A stretch of DNA of 64,000 bases from Candidatus Hydrothermales bacterium (GTDB lineage Bacteria; Hydrothermota; Hydrothermia; Hydrothermales; JAJRUZ01). Of the stretch, positions 32,601 to 41,788 are shown one piece after another; the first letter of the stretch is position 1; each line of letters starts with the position of its first letter. The translations under genes were made by a program, and so were the position numbers. Below the pieces are notes generated by a model. The model was not told where the DNA came from and did not search any database. It saw only the letters and a list, made by a program, of their open reading frames with translations. The stretch covers positions 32,001 through 96,000 of the forward strand of contig JBCNUW010000002.1 in assembly GCA_039630575.1 (NCBI GenBank). The letters run 5' to 3'.

Positions 32601-34134
32601 CTTCTTTTAATCCCTTACCTTCAAGATCTATAACATTAGCGTATATTTCAATTTCTTCTCCCTTTTTATAGCTATATTTATCAGTAGTTAAAAAAGTGTA
32701 ATATTTGCTTCTTCCTGCTTTAAAAAATCCCTTTTCTCTTTGTTCAAGACCACTTTCATCTTCAAGAGATACATCAACTATATAAGTGTAATATCTGTCA
32801 ATCTCCTGAATTTCGTATTCATGAACAAGTTCACCTCTTTCATTCAAATTACCTTCTATTTCATCTAAGAATTCCTGTTCCCATGTATACTCATAAAATT
32901 CATGGTCATAGTAAAAGGGTCTTCTTGAAATTTTTAACTTAACTTTGCCTTGTGAGACAGGTGCCCCAAAGAAGTATTCTCCCTTTATTTTAATTTTTGC
33001 CTTTTCACCTGTTGTCAAAACCTTTGGTTCTACATCTACTTTTACTGAAAATTCAGGTTTTCTATATGCTTCAACTTTGAATATTTGAGAAAATTCTTTG
33101 TCTTTAAAATTTGCGTTTATTCTATAAGTCCCAAGATTTGCATTTTCTGGCAAAATGAGTGAATCATAACATGTGCCAAATTCGTTTGTGTTTAATTCTT
33201 TGTCATATAAAATATTATCCTTAGGGTTTAAAATTTTTACTCTTAAAGAACCTGTATAGGATCTGTAATTTTCTTCTTCTAAAATTCTTGCCACTATCTT
33301 GAAAAAAACTTTGTCATTTGGTCTATACAGTGGTCTATCTGTATAGATATAAATTCTTTCAGGTGGAAATTCTGCCCAAGGAGCATAAGATGTTGAAAGT
33401 GCTATACTTCCATTATAGGAGAGAATAACTTGAAAATCGTGAGCACTCTGTACTTCTTTCATTTTAAAATAGAAAATTCCGTTCTCGTCAGTTTTCCCTT
33501 CCTTTAATGTTTTTTCATTTAATTTTATACATACATTTGCTCCTTTTAGCGGTTCAGAAGTAAAAAGGTTTTGAGCAAAAAGATAGAAATTTTCTCTATC
33601 TTGTTTTGTTATAAATCCAATATCAGTTATTATAAGTGGTATGAATTTTCGTGAATAAGCGTTTGATACTTCTACAATATATACTCCTTTTTTGTACACA
33701 TTTATTTCAATATCCTTACTTATCCAAGTTTGTCCAAAGTCTTCTATCCATTCTTCAATAAGTTCATATTCTTTTAGAGGAGACGGAAATTTCAAGACTT
33801 CTTCTTCCAATTTTTTGATCTTGAAATTTTCTGTAATTTCCCTTCTTTCTTCTGTTTTTATATTTCTTCTAAAGTAATTTCTAATTTTTTTTCTAGCTTC
33901 TTTTATTCCTTTCTCAATACTCTCAAAAGTATTAAAAATTTTTCCCTTTTCTATTATGGTGGGATATAGTATGGAACTTGATTTTTTAAAAAATTCATAG
34001 CCATGTGGAACTTCATAAACCCTTATAATTGCTCTACCAATTCCGTATCCACTCAAATTGATCTTTGGCTTTTCGCCTACCAGATTAATTGAACTTTTTA
34101 AGTAAACATAAATAAAAAGTAAATTTACAAGCAT
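29653..34134 (-). CDS. Bacterial alpha-2-macroglobulin with intact thioester motif
   Basis: YTDRPLYRP MG2 domain, EAYRKPEF, LPDNLTTW, YPYGCVEQ (CxEQ), GGWGWW, EDPLPAG. Confidence 0.93.
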   Translation of the reverse strand: MLVNLLFIYVYLKSSINLVGEKPKINLSGYGIGRAIIRVYEVPHGYEFFKKSSSILYPTIIEKGKIFNTFESIEKGIKEARKKIRNYFRRNIKTEERREITENFKIKKLEEEVLKFPSPLKEYELIEEWIEDFGQTWISKDIEINVYKKGVYIVEVSNAYSRKFIPLIITDIGFITKQDRENFYLFAQNLFTSEPLKGANVCIKLNEKTLKEGKTDENGIFYFKMKEVQSAHDFQVILSYNGSIALSTSYAPWAEFPPERIYIYTDRPLYRPNDKVFFKIVARILEEENYRSYTGSLRVKILNPKDNILYDKELNTNEFGTCYDSLILPENANLGTYRINANFKDKEFSQIFKVEAYRKPEFSVKVDVEPKVLTTGEKAKIKIKGEYFFGAPVSQGKVKLKISRRPFYYDHEFYEYTWEQEFLDEIEGNLNERGELVHEYEIQEIDRYYTYIVDVSLEDESGLEQREKGFFKAGRSKYYTFLTTDKYSYKKGEEIEIYANVIDLEGKGLKEGNVKIKIFEKEYDIKIKEGKGILKVKAVKAGWFKIAMEFKDEKEFLLSSHANVYVYEEGYTFEYEENRIEIITEKKEYIPGERLKAIIFSPFERGYLFYTIENYGIEKVGVVRIEKNTGIIEFKIKEIHIPNFHISISGNRKLNFYEAKKEIKVNSESKRLNITFELEKKRYLPQEKAKIKVKVNDYKGKPQESEISIFIVDEALFSLQRPLEEDIFFFFYPQKGIYSSCNSSSSWNFWEVGYLFEEEGVRKKDFLYHLAKKDLETYPRFAMKGIGEEMMIRKEFKDLAFCVLRRSTDKNGEAEFEIKLPDNLTTWRIRVKAKVKDKFGEEEHKFIVSKDLLARLILPRFLRERDTVEIKGIVHNYQDKKDYINFQIDARGVELLGKEDVSVGEVLPGGLKSTNFKVYAAKPGIADFTLIAKGKNSYDALNLKIPILPHGMEKILSISNILKNDKSEIEFEIPEDIENFSSALYISPSYQNAVFSSLKELIGYPYGCVEQTMSKFLPNVAVKDIIEKAGVKDPLFTKELPKMIEKGLQRLYTFQHADGGWGWWENDESHPFNTAYVLYGLGLLKRTGYRVNDEVIQKGVKKLKEFLEQENLSDYDKAFLLYSLSFYERIKKEDIEKYLVGKIESPYIISLISLILSQDKKQGEIYFSKLKEMAINVNGVSYFQDMFLKSNHGTIYADPLFVTSKALLSSLYYIPNDEFCTRLSFYLLNKRKGAMWHSTITTSSTIISLGEYMEKRGLFDFDLSLNLKINDRNFGNYTIKRENINEYNSPKIIPTDILSKGKNKIVFEKSGKGEILYSFFVKYYSTEENIKAGGAEFKVLKEIWRLQPIREGNKIIYKKIPFYGYTKKGEYLFVKIKVQCNSEMEYFMLEDPLPAGCEVEKERERFYIEGESKYRGDYYYDYDGWDWDWIGEEIHDDRIAFFRTRLYPGTYEFSYILRTYLPGRFHVMPAKGSLMYFPDIFAHSDEYVIKISE

Positions 34135-34180
34135 ATTTTTTACCTCCTACTTATTATATTGCTTTACTTAAATATTAAAA

Positions 34181-34741
34181 TTAATCCTCAAAATATTTCA
34201 ATCTAAAAAATCCAAGAAAGTTTTCATTTGAAGGAATAGGATACCATATAGGATCGGGGTGTTTAAAAATTAGATTATATTTTATCAGTTTAAATTCACC
34301 TTTTTTTCTCTCAGATGGACCTGTATGATAAATCAAATATTCATCATTTTCTATTCTTAGATAAACAATTGAATGATAGGGAAATTCTTGCTTTGGATTA
34401 TAATAGAACAAAATATCACCAGATTCTAAATTTATCCTCTCTTTATTTTTTCCAAGAAAGATAGTATTATATAAAATTAAATTTTTAACATCCGCAAAAG
34501 AAGAGTAAATAAAATCTCCTTTCTCTTTAACTAAAAAGGGATTTTTTTTATTTATATTTAACTTTATACCTTTAAAGTCTGACAAAGCTTTAATAAGAGC
34601 CATTCTTATGAAATGAGCACAATCCACAATATTAGTATCTTTTTTTAAAAATATATCTATGAGATTTTCTACAAATTTTTTCCTTAGAATTTCTCTATCA
34701 CTGAGTACACCTACTGTCAAAAAAAATATAAAAGTCATCAT
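34181..34741 (-). CDS. DUF1175/YfaT-like NlpC/P60-fold protein
   Basis: DCAHFIR, GDILFY, YH, IYHTG and HPDP.W.P...N.NFLG.FR motifs. Confidence 0.8.
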   Translation of the reverse strand: MMTFIFFLTVGVLSDREILRKKFVENLIDIFLKKDTNIVDCAHFIRMALIKALSDFKGIKLNINKKNPFLVKEKGDFIYSSFADVKNLILYNTIFLGKNKERINLESGDILFYYNPKQEFPYHSIVYLRIENDEYLIYHTGPSERKKGEFKLIKYNLIFKHPDPIWYPIPSNENFLGFFRLKYFED

Positions 34742-34750
34742 TTTGAAAAA

Positions 34751-36550
34751 TTAGAATTTTTTGTAAATTACCTTTTTATCTTTTGTTTGTACAGGGATAT
34801 TTATCCCTGAAATTTTTTCACCAGGTAAAATTTTAATCAAAATTGGGGGAGACAAAACTATATTTATAATAGGGACAGAGAGTATTTTTATTTCGTAAGT
34901 TCCAGGAATTAAGGCATTTAAATGAAATTTTCCATTTTCATCAGTGATACTTGAATTTCCGTTCACCAAAATTACAACATCCCTTAATCCATCTTCATCA
35001 TTATCTTTTTTACCATTTTTATTTTTATCCAAAAAAACAATTCCTTCAATTTCACCAAGGGAAACAAGAGGTATGTAAAAATTTTTAACTCCGAAGATTC
35101 CAATCTCAAATTCTATCTTCTCACCTAAACTACTACCAACTTCTTTTGGAAAAGCTCCGTATTTTATTTCAATTTTATGTATACCTGGTTTTAAAAATGA
35201 AAAATTAAATTTTCCATATTCATTAGTTATTAATTCCCTTTTGTTATCAATAACTACTTTTATATTCTTTGCAGGTTTTTCTCCTGGGTCATATTTAAAA
35301 TTGCCATTTTCATCTATAAATATGAATCCGTAAACTCTTCCAAAACCAACTTCTTGAGTTAAAAATGCTCCTGATAATGAAAAGGATAGATTTGCGTAAC
35401 TTTTATCATTTACTTTTGTTATTACAAATGAGGTTAAGATGTTAAAACTTAAGTAGTTTAACCTAAAGGAAGAACTATATAATTTATTACTCTTTTCCCT
35501 TCCAAACGCTATAGAAAAATAAAAATTGTTTTTTAAATTATAGTCTAATAAAAATCTAAAATAATCTTTTTTTGAAATAGCAAATTCATAGGAAAAAGGA
35601 CTTTTTCTAAATTCAAACCTTAAATGATTTCTTTCTTCTCTTAACTTTCTGTGATTAAATGTAACATTTATATACTTTTTACTATAAGAAACTTCAAATC
35701 CTCTTACAAATAGAATATTTTTGTTAATTTCGAAACCTCCCATTAAGGTTATTATAGGTAAAAACTTAAGGTTTATTTTTATATCATTCTCGTTCAAAAA
35801 ATTAAAGGAGTTTGAATTAAAGTAATGAAACTTTCCAGTGTAAGTTAGAAAGGGTTTTATCCGTAAAAATGATGAGGAAAAAATTCCCAAATAATAATCT
35901 TTCGAATCATAGAAAGTTCCGTATTTTTTTGTTTTTAATTTATAAACAAGATTAAACCCTCTATTTTCTTTTAAGTGACTAATTCTAGCTTCAGTAGCAG
36001 CACCAAGATAAAAGTCTACTAAGGAAAAACCTATCGCTTTTTCAATATCAAAATAACTACTTGAATATTTAACATAATTTGAAAATAAAATTATTGCATT
36101 CTTATTAAAATCTTTCTCAACTAAAAAAGAAAATTTAAAAGGAGAAAGTGTTTTTAAAAAAAGGTAATCAAAATAGATTAGATATTCATTTTTAGTAAAA
36201 TCGGGAATAACCTCACCAGTATTTCTTCTTTTTCCAATTAAAAAAATAAAATTTTTATCAGAAAACTTTAATCCTCTTAAATACTTATTTACACCAAAAG
36301 GAGAGTATAGATAAAAATTTAAATCAAAGATAGAAATCTTTTTTTTATTTAATAAAAAATTTAAATTTAGATTGTCAAGATAAAAAAAATTGTTAGTTTT
36401 TATAAATCTTAATGAAAGATCAAAATCTTTTTGGGAATAAAAAGAGGAAAAGTAATAACTTTCTCCATAATAGGAAGGGTAGAATTGATTCTGTGAGTAA
36501 ATTGAAAAAGAAAAATATCTTAAAAGGATTATATAAATTATCAATTTCAA
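34751..36550 (-). CDS. Putative usher-like outer-membrane protein with two C-terminal SdrD-B-like domains
   Basis: Aromatic-rich amphipathic N-terminal ~400 aa; G.IF.DENGN..YD.GE and G.VFLDKNKNG..D..E repeats. Confidence 0.6.
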   Translation of the reverse strand: MKLIIYIILLRYFSFSIYSQNQFYPSYYGESYYFSSFYSQKDFDLSLRFIKTNNFFYLDNLNLNFLLNKKKISIFDLNFYLYSPFGVNKYLRGLKFSDKNFIFLIGKRRNTGEVIPDFTKNEYLIYFDYLFLKTLSPFKFSFLVEKDFNKNAIILFSNYVKYSSSYFDIEKAIGFSLVDFYLGAATEARISHLKENRGFNLVYKLKTKKYGTFYDSKDYYLGIFSSSFLRIKPFLTYTGKFHYFNSNSFNFLNENDIKINLKFLPIITLMGGFEINKNILFVRGFEVSYSKKYINVTFNHRKLREERNHLRFEFRKSPFSYEFAISKKDYFRFLLDYNLKNNFYFSIAFGREKSNKLYSSSFRLNYLSFNILTSFVITKVNDKSYANLSFSLSGAFLTQEVGFGRVYGFIFIDENGNFKYDPGEKPAKNIKVVIDNKRELITNEYGKFNFSFLKPGIHKIEIKYGAFPKEVGSSLGEKIEFEIGIFGVKNFYIPLVSLGEIEGIVFLDKNKNGKKDNDEDGLRDVVILVNGNSSITDENGKFHLNALIPGTYEIKILSVPIINIVLSPPILIKILPGEKISGINIPVQTKDKKVIYKKF

Positions 36551-37278
36551 GGTAAATCTATATCTTTTTCTCCTAAAAGAATTTCAGAACCACCGTAGTC
36601 AATTTCACAAAAAAGGGTGTATTTTCCTTTTTTTATATTTTCTTTTATCTCAAAGGAAAATTTTCTTTTTTTAAGTGGTAAGATCACGAGGTCTTTAAAT
36701 TCTCTTTCAAAAACATTTTCCTTTTTTTCATCTAAAATATACACCTTGCCTTTTGTTCTAATATGCACAGGTAATGGATTCTCAATTATAAAATAAATTA
36801 CATTTTTTTCTTTTCCAATATCTATTAAACTTGGAGGGAAAATTGAAAAACCATTTTTAACCATAGCATAGATAGGGACCCCAATTTCACCAACAATCCG
36901 AACCTGTGCAGTTTTTTCAAGTTTTGGATAAGCTTTTATTATTACCATACACCACTTTTCATAAGATTCCATGGTGTCGGGTAATGTAAACAAGACTCTT
37001 ATTTCTTTTTTTTCATTTTTTTCGATATCAAAACTCCTAGGAATAATTTTTACAAATGGAGAAAGAGAAAACTTAAAAGTACCAGGAGGTTTAAACTCCA
37101 CTTCTCCATTTTCGTTAATATTAAAATCTTCAACAAAAATTTCAATATGAGAAGAAAAGTTATGTGCTTCAATTTCTAAGACCTCTACATATTCTTTTCC
37201 CTTCAAATAGAAATTTTCAATCCGTGGAGGCTCTACAAAAATATTAACTTGACTAAAAAATATAAACATTATGTTCAT
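36547..37278 (-). CDS. PapD-like / fimbrial chaperone-like two-Ig-domain protein
   Basis: V.PPRIE, P.SF.I...E...IRV, IGVPIY, I.N....HIR..G.V.I, VILP...R and DYGG pattern. Confidence 0.65.
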   Translation of the reverse strand: MNIMFIFFSQVNIFVEPPRIENFYLKGKEYVEVLEIEAHNFSSHIEIFVEDFNINENGEVEFKPPGTFKFSLSPFVKIIPRSFDIEKNEKKEIRVLFTLPDTMESYEKWCMVIIKAYPKLEKTAQVRIVGEIGVPIYAMVKNGFSIFPPSLIDIGKEKNVIYFIIENPLPVHIRTKGKVYILDEKKENVFEREFKDLVILPLKKRKFSFEIKENIKKGKYTLFCEIDYGGSEILLGEKDIDLP

Positions 37279-37769
37279 AGCGCAAAAAATCTAAAAGAAA
37301 CTGTAGTTTTAAATTCACCTGACTCGTCGTCAAAATCAGCCATAAATAAAAAATCCTTATCATACCTCCTCCACCTGGGGATAGGCCTTGTTCCAGAATC
37401 AAGTACTTTGTATTCGGTTGAAATTTGTATCCAGGGATAAGAGGGAAAACTACCCTCAGGAGGTGGAGGTGTACCAGAAGGTGCAACCAGAAGTTGAGTT
37501 AAGGTAATTGAAGAGGAAAAATCATAACCTCCTTTTATCATCAAATACCATGTGTTCCAATCACCTGGCCTTATAAAAATCTCAACAACAAGACCCCTAG
37601 GATTTAATAAACTTGCTTCGTTAGGATAATAGTAAGAAGGAAATAAATAAGGAGGATAAGTAAAAGAGGGACCAACTGGATTCTTTAAATCAAAAAGTAA
37701 ATTTGAGTCTACATATAAGCCTAATGCCCCTGTTTGAGATATTATAAAAAGTAAAGTTGAAATACCTAT
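37275..37769 (-). CDS. Pilin-like subunit 2 (paralog of 37770-38378); probable ATA start
   Basis: Frame open from 37769: IGISTLLFIISQTGALGLYVDSNLLFDL...TYPP..FP.YYYPN.AS..NP.G...QLLVAP.G..PP.EG..PS.PW...KDFLF..D.DDE.G....TVSFR. Confidence 0.7.
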   Translation of the reverse strand: MGISTLLFIISQTGALGLYVDSNLLFDLKNPVGPSFTYPPYLFPSYYYPNEASLLNPRGLVVEIFIRPGDWNTWYLMIKGGYDFSSSITLTQLLVAPSGTPPPPEGSFPSYPWIQISTEYKVLDSGTRPIPRWRRYDKDFLFMADFDDESGEFKTTVSFRFFAL

Positions 37770-38378
37770 TTACTGAGCATAAAGTCTGAAAGAAACTGTT
37801 ACACTATAATTTCCTGGTTCATCGTCTTCATCTGTCACAAATAGAAAATCTTTTGGATATGAAGCCCATCCATTAGTTTTCCCTCCAGAATTCAACTGTT
37901 GATACTGTGTAGAAAGAGAAAGCCAAGGAGCAGAAGGTAACTGTCCCTCGGAAGGTGGAGTTGATCCATCAGGAGCAACAAGTAGTTGGGAGATTGGTAT
38001 TGTTGTGTGGAAATTGCCACTTCCTCTAATTTCTAAAAACCATGTCATCGTAGCTGAATTTGAAAAAACTTGTACATAAACACCCTGTGGATTTATTGTT
38101 GAAGCAGTATTTGGATAGTAGTATCCTGGGAAAACTGTAGGAGGATATGTTTGTGAGGGTGAACCTGTTGCAGGAGTATAAAGATCCCATCCGATATTTG
38201 CATCAACATAAAGACCAATTCTTGCTGGAATTCTAAGGGTAGCATTTATGTTTACTATAAGGGTATCCTGGGGAGCAAAACCTCCAAGTCTTTGTCCTGG
38301 TCCTCCTATTATTTGATTTGAAGAAAGAGAACCTATAGAAAAGCTTATTATAAAAATTATTAAAGTTAACTTCTTCAT
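37770..38378 (-). CDS. Secreted pilin-like subunit 1 (Csu/spore-coat-U-like C-terminus)
   Basis: Signal peptide; beta-rich; ends DEPGNYSVTVSFRLYAQ; AAGGAGAG RBS. Confidence 0.6.
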   Translation of the reverse strand: MKKLTLIIFIISFSIGSLSSNQIIGGPGQRLGGFAPQDTLIVNINATLRIPARIGLYVDANIGWDLYTPATGSPSQTYPPTVFPGYYYPNTASTINPQGVYVQVFSNSATMTWFLEIRGSGNFHTTIPISQLLVAPDGSTPPSEGQLPSAPWLSLSTQYQQLNSGGKTNGWASYPKDFLFVTDEDDEPGNYSVTVSFRLYAQ

Positions 38379-38401
38379 ATTTCTCTCCTTTTTATTTTGT
38401 A

Positions 38402-38430
38402 ATTATAACTTCTAAAATATTAATTTTCAA
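38402..38430 (-). promoter_or_regulatory. Sigma70-like promoter of the pilus-like operon
   Basis: Minus strand TTGAAA(38430-25)-N17-TATAAT(38407-02). Confidence 0.6.
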
Positions 38431-39199
38431 TAATACCTTCTTTAAGACATTTATCTTTTATTTTTAGTTCACCTATCTATTTAGTAAAAATTTTTTACCT
38501 TAAGTTTTAATGTTTTTAGATGGAAGATTCATTAACATTAATTTTATGAGTACATTATTTTTGAAAATTCATTCGTGGTAAACTTTCAAGAAGTATATGC
38601 TTAAAATTAAACAAAATAAGTTTTTGATTTCAGTTTAAATAAAGCGTAAAACTTTTGAAATTATCTGTTTATTACTTTTTGATTTATGAATGCCTTTCTA
38701 ATTCCATGGCAAAATGTAAATAATTTCTCACTGTTTTATTTTTAAAGTAAAAAAAATTTCAATTGACGAATAGGATCAAAAATTTATTTAAAATTCAACT
38801 TTAAGCTTCACATAAGAATCTTTAAAATATTAAAAAATCTTCTAAAATTACAGATATTAAAAATTATTAGTAAAGAATTAAAAAATAAATTTTTGATTGG
38901 ACTTCACGTAAGCTTTTTACTTAGATTAAAATCTGATAATGTAATAACAATGTAATCAGTTTTTATAAATCTTTTTTTTCTCTAACTTTTACTTTAAAAA
39001 TAAGAATTAGAACAACATTTGCCCCTTAAGAAAAAGATTAAGAAAATTTTACAATTTTAGTTATTCTCTTTTATTCGTTTTTTTTAAAAAATGAATCTTC
39101 TCAGAATTTGTGAGTTTATCCTTCTTAAAAATTAGATAATTAAATTTAAGAGGTATCACGGAAAAAAACTGAGTAAGGTATTTCACTGGTTGTTTTGTC

Positions 39200-40670
39200 C
39201 AAAAAATTTACTTTTAAAAATTTGTTAATAACTATTTTAAATATCTAGTAGTGGGTATGATACTCGTAGAAGTTAAAAATTCTAATTCCGAAAGCCTTGA
39301 ATATGATGCTGAATCCTAAAAATGATCTTGGCTATATGAGGTTCAGAATTAGATACGAGAAGAAGTTTACCTCCTTTGAAAAGCAATTACTGATAATTCA
39401 ACTTTGAATATATCAGCGATCGTTTCAGTGTCAAGAAATAAAAGAATAAAGAAAATAAGAACTCTGGTAGAGAGATTAAATATGGAACAGATTTGTAAGA
39501 AGTAGAAGTGTTTCTTTGATATGGATACCCTTTACTATTTAGCATATATGCCATAAAGATCAAGCTATGGGGCTTTTATAAGATATGTAACAGGAGCTTA
39601 TTTAGATACAGTATTTCATTATGGTTCTTCAGATGGAATTAACTTAATCGCAAAGCGTCATATTTATGGAGAAGTAAAGGATTTTATATAAAGCAATTTG
39701 AAATTCTTGTGGAAGTGAAAAAAATTTATGCATTCATTGTTTATAATTATGAAGGGACAACAAATACTAAAGCTTTAAGGGTCAGAGGAATTAAAGCAGA
39801 TGGAAATGCTGTAAGTTGGGCTAATATTACAAAACCTATTGATCCAATAGAAAGATTTCAGTTGATATAAATGAAAATCTTTGTTGTGTTTATTTAAAAC
39901 CAGATGGAATTTATACAGAACCTGTTTAATTAAAAGAGGTGTAACTTGGGAAACACCTTTTTTAGTGGCTTCAAAAGACAGAAAGGATCGTGAAATTGAT
40001 TTTAGTACTCGCGAGGTTATTCTACATATCTTATATGGTCTATTATAGAATTATAAGAATTTAATTTATCAAAATAATTATACAAAAATGGAGGAAGAAA
40101 CAGGACATATGGTGTATAGCCATCGACATATTATCCCTATGGAGATATAATTTATCCCTGGATAGATACAGAATTTGACCATCCTTATGTATGTGTTGCT
40201 TTTGGTTAAATCTATCAATCAACCTTTGATCAATAATAACAGCATATGCATCAGTAAATTATCCTACAATATAGTGAGATAGAACTGTCATAAATGGCTA
40301 CAGTGTAATTATATTAATGCCTAGTAAAATTTTAATTAATCTCTCGCTTGTAGGAAAAGTAACTCCTTGTAGCAAGCTACAAGCTGAAGTGTATGGATTG
40401 ACTGGTCCTAAAATGTAGGGGTTAAAGAATTTGTAAAAAGTACTTCTTAAGGTTTTTTAATAATTCCAAAAAAAGGTTATGCAATTTTAAAGTTTTCTTC
40501 ACCATATGAAAAGAATTTGAAGGAATGTATTAAGGGTTATGAGAATTCCGACTCAGGAGGTCATACTTTCAAAATTAAGTTACCCAGTGAAGGAGTTTAT
40601 TTCCTTAAATTACCTGATAAAGAGGCAAAGATTATAAATATAGAGTTATTAAAAAGGGGCGCGAAGAGTT
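39200..40670 (+). pseudogene. Heavily degraded gene for a secreted protein with a T9SS-like C-terminal domain; ends approximate
   Basis: Coding-like fragments in shifting frames (YAFIVYNYEGTTNTKALRVRGIKADG; TYYPYGDIIYPWIDTEFDHPY; NVGVKEF; SGGHTFKIKLPSEGVYFLKL). Confidence 0.45.
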
Positions 40671-40877
40671 TAATATATTAGTGGTACAATATCACCTACC
40701 GTTATTTTTAAAATTTTTGTCCCTACTTAGGCTTTTATAAATATTTTTACATTTATTTTTACTTCACTTACTTTAAATTCTTTAACAATTAAATTGCTCT
40801 ATCAACCTTATATCTATTTTTTACATTTATTTTTTAAAAATGCTTGATTTACAATAATTTTTGAAAACAAAATTTGG

Positions 40878-41641
40878 GCATGGCACTATGTAAACTTTTC
40901 TTCAATTTAAAAGTCCAAAGAAATTGTTGGTGGATTCTTTATCCTGAGCACTTCTCTATTATCTTACCAGCAACACCTTGACTTTTTAATATAATGCTTC
41001 TAAATCTTGCTTTACTTCTAAAAAAGATATTCTTTTATTTTATGATAAAAAGGTTCCACCATTAATTTGTTTTTTAATTCTCTAAGTATTTTTTCTATAT
41101 ACCTTAAAACTATCTCCTCAGAGTATCTAAAATTAGTTATTTTTTAAAAGACAATATACACCATATCTATCCTCATACTTTCTTTTTCTACTTTTAAATA
41201 TCTTCTAAAAAAGCTTTTTTAATAATCACTTCCTCTCTAATGAAACTCTAACACCTTTTTTCGTTTTCTCTCTTTTTCCTTTTCCTCTTTGTTCACACGT
41301 AAAATATATCTACTCCTCAATCTCATCTTATTTTTATGATATAACTTTATTCCTTCTATATCATCTATTTGGTAATCTTGCAGTTTTCTATATTATCCTA
41401 AACTATTTGAAGGATTAATGGGACTTTGCAACACTAAAAGATTTACAGATCTTTTTCTAAATTGCTGCTTTCTTTTAACTTATCCAACTTTACTGATTAC
41501 ATATAACTCCTTAACTTGCTTTACCGAAACTCTGTATTTTCCATTTTTTGAGTCTTAAAAACATAGTACTATTATAATATTCGAATTTTAATATAAGTCA
41601 AGGAAAGTAAACTATAGATTTTTAGTAGCGTGGCACTATGT
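40878..41641 (-). mobile_element. Internally deleted IS1634-like (IS4 superfamily) transposase remnant
   Basis: Fragments EDRYGVYCL / ITN..SEEIVLRY.IEKILRELKNKLMVEPFYH / SQGVAGKII; TGGCACTATGT repeated at 40881 and 41631. Confidence 0.55.
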
Positions 41642-41788
41642 TTTTAAAAATTGAAATAAAAAATCCTTTTAAAATAAGGACTTTCACAACTTAAATACCA
41701 AGAAAGTGTAAAAAATGGGTAATAGGAATAGATGTTGAAGATAAAATTTAGAAAAGATATTTGAGAATTTTTGTATAGGGAAATAAAT

